DNA of 23,972 nucleotides from a virus (Duplodnaviria; Heunggongvirae; Uroviricota; Caudoviricetes): IMG/VR virus record IMGVR_UViG_2534681933_000011; one strand, 5' to 3'. Shown piece by piece: positions 17,290 to 23,972 of this stretch (position 1 is its first letter; each line of letters starts with the position of its first letter). The notes under the pieces were generated by a model. It saw only the letters and a program-made list of their open reading frames with translations, ran no database searches and was not told where the DNA came from. The position numbers and the translations under genes were made by a program.

Positions 17290-17987
17290 TGCAGAATATT
17301 CATGAAGAAAGCCTGAACGAGTCGGTTAAATCAGAGCAGTCACCGCGGGTGGTGCTCTGGGAAATTGACCTGACGGTGCAGGGCGGTGAGCGGTATTTTT
17401 TCTGTAATGAGCTGAATGAAAAAGGGGAGCCGGTGACCTGGCAGGGGCGTGAATATCAGGCGTACCCGATTGAGGGCAGCGGCTTTGAGATGAACGGAAA
17501 GGGCAGCAGTGCCCGCCCGTCGCTGACGGTGTCCAATCTTTTCGGCCTTGTCACCGGGATGGCGGAGGATTTGCAGAGCCTGGTGGGGGCCACGGTGGTC
17601 CGCCGCCGGGTGTATGCCCGTTTTCTGGATGCGGTGAATTTTGTGGCAGGCAATCCTGAGGCAGACCCTGAGCAGGAGCTGACGGACCGGTGGGTGGTGG
17701 AGCAGATGTCATCGCTGACGGCCATGACGGCCTCGTTTGTGCTGGCGACACCGACGGAGACGGACGGGGCGCTGTTTCCCGGTCGCATCATGCTGGCGAA
17801 CACCTGTATGTGGGATTACCGGGGCGATGAATGCGGGTATAACGGTCCGGCAGTGGCGGATGAGTTCGACAACCCCACCACGGATATCCGGAAGGACAGA
17901 TGCAGTAAATGCATGCGCGGGTGTGAGATGCGCGGCATGGCGGTCAATTTTGGCGGTTTCCTTTCCATCAATAAACTTTCGCAGTAA
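17289..17987 (+). CDS. L: Minor tail protein L
   Basis: 232 aa; collinear with lambda L along its length (VVLWEIDLT..GGERYFFCNE.NEKGEPVTWQGR.YQ.YPI.GSGFE.NGKG...FGGFLSINKLSQ). Confidence 0.9.
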   Translation: MQNIHEESLNESVKSEQSPRVVLWEIDLTVQGGERYFFCNELNEKGEPVTWQGREYQAYPIEGSGFEMNGKGSSARPSLTVSNLFGLVTGMAEDLQSLVGATVVRRRVYARFLDAVNFVAGNPEADPEQELTDRWVVEQMSSLTAMTASFVLATPTETDGALFPGRIMLANTCMWDYRGDECGYNGPAVADEFDNPTTDIRKDRCSKCMRGCEMRGMAVNFGGFLSINKLSQ

Positions 17988-17997
17988 ATCCTGTTTT

Positions 17998-18741
17998 ATG
18001 ACACAGACTGAATCAGCGATTCTGGCGCATGCCCGGCGGTGTGCGCCTGCGGAGTCGTGCGGCTTCGTGATAAGCACGCCGGAGGGGGAACGGTATATCC
18101 CTTGTGTGAATATCTCTGCAGAGCCGGAGGCGTATTTTCGTATCGCACCGGAAGACTGGCTGCGGGCAGAGATGCAGGGGGAGATTGTGGCACTGGTCCA
18201 CAGTCATCCCGGTGGTCTGCCCTGGCTGAGCGAGGCCGACCGGCGGCTGCAGATAAAAAGTGCACTGTTCTGGTGGCTGGTCTGCCGGGGGGAAATTCAT
18301 AAATTCCGCTGTGTGCCACATCTGACAGGACGGCGCTTTGAGCACGGGGTGACGGACTGTTACACGCTGTTCCGGGATGCCTACCATCTGGCGGGAATTG
18401 ATATGCCGGATTTTGAGCGTGAGGATGACTGGTGGCGCAACGGTCAGAACCTTTACCTGGACAATATGGCGGTCACAGGCTTTTACCGGGTGCCCCTGTC
18501 CTCTGCACAGGCGGGCGATATCCTGCTGTGCTGCTTTGGCGCATCGGTGGCCAATCATGCCGCCATATACTGCGGCAACGGTGAGCTGCTTCACCATCTG
18601 CCTGAACAACTGAGTAAACGGGAGAGGTATTCCGAAAAATGGCAACGACGAACGCATTCAGCCTGGCGTCACCGCCACTGGCACGTATCTGCCTTCACGG
18701 GGATTTACAACGATTTGGCCGCCGCCTCAGCCTGTATGTGA
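17998..18741 (+). CDS. K: Tail tip assembly protein K (JAB/MPN and NlpC/P60 domains)
   Basis: Start placed at the ATG matching the lambda K N-terminus MTQTESAILAHARRCAPAESCGF (residue 88 of the track ORF 17737..18741); HSHPGG metalloprotease-like motif. Confidence 0.85.
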   Translation: MTQTESAILAHARRCAPAESCGFVISTPEGERYIPCVNISAEPEAYFRIAPEDWLRAEMQGEIVALVHSHPGGLPWLSEADRRLQIKSALFWWLVCRGEIHKFRCVPHLTGRRFEHGVTDCYTLFRDAYHLAGIDMPDFEREDDWWRNGQNLYLDNMAVTGFYRVPLSSAQAGDILLCCFGASVANHAAIYCGNGELLHHLPEQLSKRERYSEKWQRRTHSAWRHRHWHVSAFTGIYNDLAAASACM

Positions 18742-19316
18742 ACACGGCAGCGGAAGCCATCCGTGCCCTGTCGATGCAGATGCCGGGATTCCGCCGTCAG
18801 ATGAACGAAGGCTGGTACCAGATACGTATTCGCGGTGAGGACACGGCACCGGAGGCGGTGTACGCCCGTCTTCACGAACAGCTGGGTGAGGGAACGGTCA
18901 TCCACATTGTGCCGCGACTGGCCGGGGCCGGAAAGGGTGGACTGCAGATTGTGCTGGGGGCGGCAGCCATCGTGGGCTCTTTCTTCACTGCCGGGGCATC
19001 AATGGCGTTATGGGGTTCAGCCCTGGCAGCCGGTGGTTTTTCTGCCACCACGATGCTGTTTTCACTGGGGGCCAGCATGATACTGGGTGGTGTGGCTCAG
19101 ATGCTTGCCCCGAAGGCAAAAACACCGGATTACCGCGCAACGGATAACGGCAGACAGAACACGTACTTTTCCTCACTGGACAACATGATTGCTCAGGGGA
19201 ACCCGATGCCGGTGCCTTACGGTGAAATGCTGGTTGGTTCACGACGGATATCCCAGGACATCAGCACCCGTGATGAAGGCGGAGACGGGAAAGTGGTGGT
19301 TATCGGGCGGGGATGA
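18639..19316 (+). CDS. I: Tail tip assembly protein I
   Basis: 225 aa; ...ARICLHGDLQRFGRR...IVLGAAAIVGSFFTAGA...LGGVAQMLAPKAKTP...NTYFSSLDNM... matches lambda I; overlaps the 3' end of K. Confidence 0.85.
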   Translation: MATTNAFSLASPPLARICLHGDLQRFGRRLSLYVNTAAEAIRALSMQMPGFRRQMNEGWYQIRIRGEDTAPEAVYARLHEQLGEGTVIHIVPRLAGAGKGGLQIVLGAAAIVGSFFTAGASMALWGSALAAGGFSATTMLFSLGASMILGGVAQMLAPKAKTPDYRATDNGRQNTYFSSLDNMIAQGNPMPVPYGEMLVGSRRISQDISTRDEGGDGKVVVIGRG

Positions 19317-19361
19317 AAATAAAAAAATCCCGCAGAGTTAGCGGAGCTGCGGGAGAGAACG

Positions 19362-19481
19362 ATGAAGATTAACGTTATGGAGTTATTTTTCAGGCATCAA
19401 AAAAGTAATGCAGCGTCATTATTGCGGCTACAGGCAATTGCCGGAAATGTGAAGAGTTTCAGAAATTTTATTCCGTCATGA
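19362..19481 (+). CDS. Hypothetical 39-codon ORF in an atypical I-J intergenic insert
   Basis: ATG...TGA frame MKINVMELFFRHQKSNAASLLRLQAIAGNVKSFRNFIPS with GGGAGA 5-10 bp upstream, and a terminator hairpin immediately after its stop. Too short for the ORF track; the call rests only on this sequence context. Confidence 0.25.
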   Translation: MKINVMELFFRHQKSNAASLLRLQAIAGNVKSFRNFIPS

Positions 19482-19482
19482 C

Positions 19483-19512
19483 ACAGGCACCCTCCGGGGT
19501 GCCTGTTGTTTT
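19483..19512 (+). terminator. Terminator-like hairpin immediately upstream of J
   Basis: ggcaccc-tccg-gggtgcc followed by a T-rich tract (tgttgttttct); J ribosome-binding site and GTG follow. Exact base count in this hairpin is uncertain by 1 nt. Confidence 0.4.
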
Positions 19513-19556
19513 CTGGCATAAACAGATTCAGACATCAGACAGGAGAGGGGGACAGA

Positions 19557-22500
19557 GTGGGTAAAGGGGGCGGCAAGGGGCACACGCCGGTTGAGGCAAA
19601 GGACAATCTTAAGTCCACGCAGATGATGAGCGTGATTGACGCCATTGGTGAAGGGCCGATTGAAGGTCCGGTGAAGGGGCTGCAGAGTATTCTGGTGAAC
19701 AAAACCCCGCTGACGGACACGGACGGTAATCCTGTGATACATGGTGTGACCGCGGTCTGGCGCGCCGGGGAGCAGGAGCAGACACCACCTGAAGGCTTTG
19801 AGTCCTCCGGAGCTGAAACCGCACTGGGCGTGGAAGTGACGAAGGCAAAGCCGGTGACGCGCACCATTACATCCGCGAACATTGACCGCCTGCGGGTCAC
19901 CTTCGGGGTGCAGTCACTGTTGGAGACCACCTCAAAGGGCGACCGTAATCCCTCTTCTGTCCGACTGCTGATTCAGTTGCAGCGTAACGGTAACTGGGTG
20001 ACGGAAAAGGATGTCACCATTAACGGCAAGACCACCTCACAGTACCTGGCGTCGGTGATTCTGGATAATCTGCCTCCCCGGCCCTTTAACATCCGGATGG
20101 TCCGGGAGACAGCGGACAGCACCCCGGACCAGCTGCAGAATAAGACGCTCTGGTCGTCATACACCGAAATCATCGATGTGAAACAGTGCTACCCGAACAC
20201 GGCGATTGTGGGGCTGCAGGTGGATGCGGAGCAGTTTGGCGGTCAGCAGATGACGGTGAACTACCATATCCGCGGTCGCATCATCCAGGTACCGTCAAAC
20301 TATGACCCGGAAAAACGCACGTACAGCGGCATCTGGGACGGCAGCCTGAAACCGGCATACAGCAACAACCCGGCCTGGTGCCTGTGGGACATGCTGACTC
20401 ACCCGCGCTACGGCATGGGAAAACGTCTGGGGGCGGCAGACGTGGACAAATGGGCGCTGTATGCCATCGGGCAGTACTGCGACCAGACGGTCCCGGATGG
20501 TTTCGGGGGCACAGAGCCGCGGATGACTTTCAATGCGTACCTGTCACAACAGCGTAAGGCGTGGGACGTTCTCAGTGATTTCTGCTCGGCGATGCGCTGT
20601 ATGCCGGTATGGAACGGGCAGACGCTGACGTTTGTGCAGGACCGTCCGTCAGATGTGGTGTGGCCCTACACCAGCAGTGATGTGGTGGTGGATGATAACG
20701 CCGTGGGGTTTCGCTACAGCTTCAGCGCCCTGAAGGACCGCCACACGGCGGTGGAGGTGAATTACACCGACCCGCAGAACGGCTGGCAGACCTCCACGGA
20801 ACTGGTGGAAGACCCGGAAGCCATACTGCGCTACGGGCGCAACCTGCTGAAGATGGATGCGTTCGGCTGCACCAGTCGCGGTCAGGCCCACCGTGCCGGG
20901 CTGTGGGTGATAAAGACCGGACTGCTGGAAACGCAGACGGTGGATTTCACGCTCGGGTCACAGGGGCTGCGTCACACACCCGGTGACATTATTGAAATCT
21001 GTGATAACGACTATGCCGGGACCATGACCGGCGGACGTGTCCTGTCCATTGATGCCGCCAGCCGCACCCTGACACTGGACCGTGAGGTGACCCTGCCGGA
21101 GACAGGTGCCGCCACGGTGAACCTGATTAACGGCAGCGGTAAGCCGGTGAGTGTGGACATCACCGCACACCCCGCGCCGGACCGGATACAGGTCAGTACC
21201 CTGCCGGATGGCGTGGAGACATACGGTGTGTGGGGACTCTCCCTGCCGTCACTGCGTCGTCGCCTGTTCCGCTGTGTCTCCATCCGGGAAAACACGGACG
21301 GCACCTTTGCCATCACGGCAGTGCAGCACGTACCGGAAAAAGAAGCCATCGTGGATAACGGGGCGCACTTTGACGGCGACCAGAGCGGCACCCTGAACAG
21401 CGTCATCCCTCCGGCAGTGCAGCACCTGACGGTGGAGGTGAGCGCGGCTGACGGTCAGTATCTGGCACAGGCGAAATGGGACACGCCGCGGGTGGTGAAG
21501 GGTGTGCGCTTCAGTCTGCGCCTGACCAGCGGAAGCGGAGAAGACAGCCGTCTGGTGACCACCGCCATCACTGCGGATACAGAGCATCGTTTCAGTGGTC
21601 TGCCGCTCGGGGAATACACCCTGACGGTCAGGGCGATTAACAGTTATGGCCAGCAGGGGGAACCGGCCACCACCACGTTCAGGATTAATGCACCTGCGGT
21701 ACCCGCCACGATTGAGCTGACACCGGGCTATTTTCAGATAACAGCGGTCCCGCGTCTTGCGGTGTATGACCCGACGGTACAGTTTGAGTTCTGGTTTTCG
21801 GAAACGCGGATTACCGATATCAGGCAGGTTGAAACCACAGCCCGCTACCTTGGCACGGGGCTGTACTGGATAGCCGCCAGTATCAATATCAAACCGGGCC
21901 ATGATTATTACTTTTATATCCGCAGTGTGAACACCGTTGGCAAATCGGCATTTGTGGAGGCTGTTGGCCAGCCGAGTGATGATGCATCCGGCTATCTGGA
22001 TTTTTTCAAAGGAGAGATAGGGAAAACCCATCTGGCTCAGGAGTTGTGGACTCAGATTGATAACGGTCAGCTTGCGCCTGACCTGGCGGAAATCAGAACG
22101 TCCATCACGGATGTCAGTAATGAAATCACGCAGACCGTCAATAAGAAACTGGAAGACCAGAGTGCAGCGATCCAGCAGATACAGAAGGTTCAGGTTGATA
22201 CAAATAATAATCTGAACAGCATGTGGGCTGTGAAGCTGCAACAGATGAAGGACGGACGCCTTTATATTGCGGGTATCGGTGCCGGTATTGAGAATACGCC
22301 AGCAGGAATGCAGAGTCAGGTGCTGCTGGCGGCAGACAGGATTGCGATGATTAATCCTGCGAATGGCAACACAAAGCCGATGTTTGTTGGTCAGGGCGAT
22401 CAGATATTCATGAACGACGTGTTCCTGAAACGCCTGTTTGCGGTGAGTATCACGTCATCCGGCAACCCCCCGACGTTTTCCCTGACGCCGGAAGGGAAGC

Positions 22501-23036
22501 TGACAGCCAGGAACGCGGATATCAGCGGAGCAATTACCGCGAATACCGGCACGCTCAATAATGTCACCATTAACGAGAACTGTGTCATCAGAGGGAAACT
22601 GTCTGCAAACCAGATTGAAGGCGACCTGGTGAAGACGGTGGGGAAAGCCTTTCCCCGGAATAACAGTTATGCCAGCGGGACGGTAACCGTCACAGTTTAC
22701 GATGACCAGGGCTTCGACCGGCAGATCATCATTCCCCCGGTGCTGTTTCGCGGGACGAAACACCAGAATTTCAACAGCCCGAATCAGCAGTCGTACTGGT
22801 ATTCCACCTGTAAGCTGCAGGTGCTGAAGAACGGGGTTGAGATTTTCCATGAACCGGCAACGGATGTCAGCCGGGTGTTCTCATCGGTGATAGATATGCC
22901 GGCAGGGCGGGGTCATGTCACCCTGACGTTTAATGTGTCGTCGGCCGGTGCGAACAACTGGACGCCGACAACGTACATCAGTGATTTACTGGTTGTGGTC
23001 ATGAAAAAATCCACAGCAGGGATCAGTATCAGCTGA
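19557..23036 (+). CDS. J: Tail tip / host specificity protein J (central tail fiber)
   Basis: Start set at the GTG after the AGGAGAGGGGG ribosome-binding site ([22 protein letters not shown] matches the lambda J N-terminus MGKGSSKGHTP...; the track ORF starts 51 nt upstream at a non-ATG codon). Collinear with lambda J over most of its length; C-terminal region divergent. Confidence 0.9.
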   Translation: MGKGGGKGHTPVEAKDNLKSTQMMSVIDAIGEGPIEGPVKGLQSILVNKTPLTDTDGNPVIHGVTAVWRAGEQEQTPPEGFESSGAETALGVEVTKAKPVTRTITSANIDRLRVTFGVQSLLETTSKGDRNPSSVRLLIQLQRNGNWVTEKDVTINGKTTSQYLASVILDNLPPRPFNIRMVRETADSTPDQLQNKTLWSSYTEIIDVKQCYPNTAIVGLQVDAEQFGGQQMTVNYHIRGRIIQVPSNYDPEKRTYSGIWDGSLKPAYSNNPAWCLWDMLTHPRYGMGKRLGAADVDKWALYAIGQYCDQTVPDGFGGTEPRMTFNAYLSQQRKAWDVLSDFCSAMRCMPVWNGQTLTFVQDRPSDVVWPYTSSDVVVDDNAVGFRYSFSALKDRHTAVEVNYTDPQNGWQTSTELVEDPEAILRYGRNLLKMDAFGCTSRGQAHRAGLWVIKTGLLETQTVDFTLGSQGLRHTPGDIIEICDNDYAGTMTGGRVLSIDAASRTLTLDREVTLPETGAATVNLINGSGKPVSVDITAHPAPDRIQVSTLPDGVETYGVWGLSLPSLRRRLFRCVSIRENTDGTFAITAVQHVPEKEAIVDNGAHFDGDQSGTLNSVIPPAVQHLTVEVSAADGQYLAQAKWDTPRVVKGVRFSLRLTSGSGEDSRLVTTAITADTEHRFSGLPLGEYTLTVRAINSYGQQGEPATTTFRINAPAVPATIELTPGYFQITAVPRLAVYDPTVQFEFWFSETRITDIRQVETTARYLGTGLYWIAASINIKPGHDYYFYIRSVNTVGKSAFVEAVGQPSDDASGYLDFFKGEIGKTHLAQELWTQIDNGQLAPDLAEIRTSITDVSNEITQTVNKKLEDQSAAIQQIQKVQVDTNNNLNSMWAVKLQQMKDGRLYIAGIGAGIENTPAGMQSQVLLAADRIAMINPANGNTKPMFVGQGDQIFMNDVFLKRLFAVSITSSGNPPTFSLTPEGKLTARNADISGAITANTGTLNNVTINENCVIRGKLSANQIEGDLVKTVGKAFPRNNSYASGTVTVTVYDDQGFDRQIIIPPVLFRGTKHQNFNSPNQQSYWYSTCKLQVLKNGVEIFHEPATDVSRVFSSVIDMPAGRGHVTLTFNVSSAGANNWTPTTYISDLLVVVMKKSTAGISIS

Positions 23037-23055
23037 CGGTTTATTAACCCGGACG

Positions 23056-23083
23056 GGCACCTCAGGAGGTGCCTTTTTTATTG
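23056..23083 (+). terminator. Intrinsic terminator after J
   Basis: ggcacctc-ag-gaggtgcc followed by T6 (ttttttatt). Confidence 0.55.
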
Positions 23084-23109
23084 ACTGAAAACGAGAGGTC
23101 ATCATGCGA

Positions 23110-23972
<863 letters not shown>

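Noticed and set aside
19476-19512. Apparent 1-nt discrepancy between my base count and the ORF-track coordinates near the J start
   Set aside because: Probably my own misreading of a G/T run rather than a real feature; track coordinates were used for CDS ends and small motifs are given as approximate.
21249-22241. 330-aa minus-strand ORF
   Set aside because: Fully nested antisense within J, whose lambda-like coding frame is clear; low-complexity translation.

Overview
This window is the late (lysis, packaging, head and tail) region of a lambdoid prophage of the E. coli/Shigella type, read left to right on the + strand. It runs from the tail end of a lysis cassette (lysozyme, Rz/Rz1) through a PerC-like regulator moron, an HNH endonuclease with small and large terminase, an HK97-type head module, and a lambda-like tail module (G/GT, tape measure, M, L, K, I, J). 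Two near-identical copies of an IS3-family insertion sequence sit in inverted orientation: a complete copy between the large terminase and the head genes, and a copy truncated by the window edge just downstream of J. Signs of decay or modification include an in-frame stop in the Rz spanin gene and the gene start downstream of J cut off by the second IS copy. I found no tRNA, rRNA or CRISPR array. Nothing here amounts to a clearly new multi-gene system; the best candidates for follow-up are the tandem-repeat head-module protein, the small island between I and J, the TGTTAAC repeat array upstream of terS, and the IS pair. All calls rest on reading the sequence and recalled family resemblance; no database search was run. 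Fine coordinates of hairpins and motifs may be off by 1-2 bp, and CDS ends follow the supplied ORF track.
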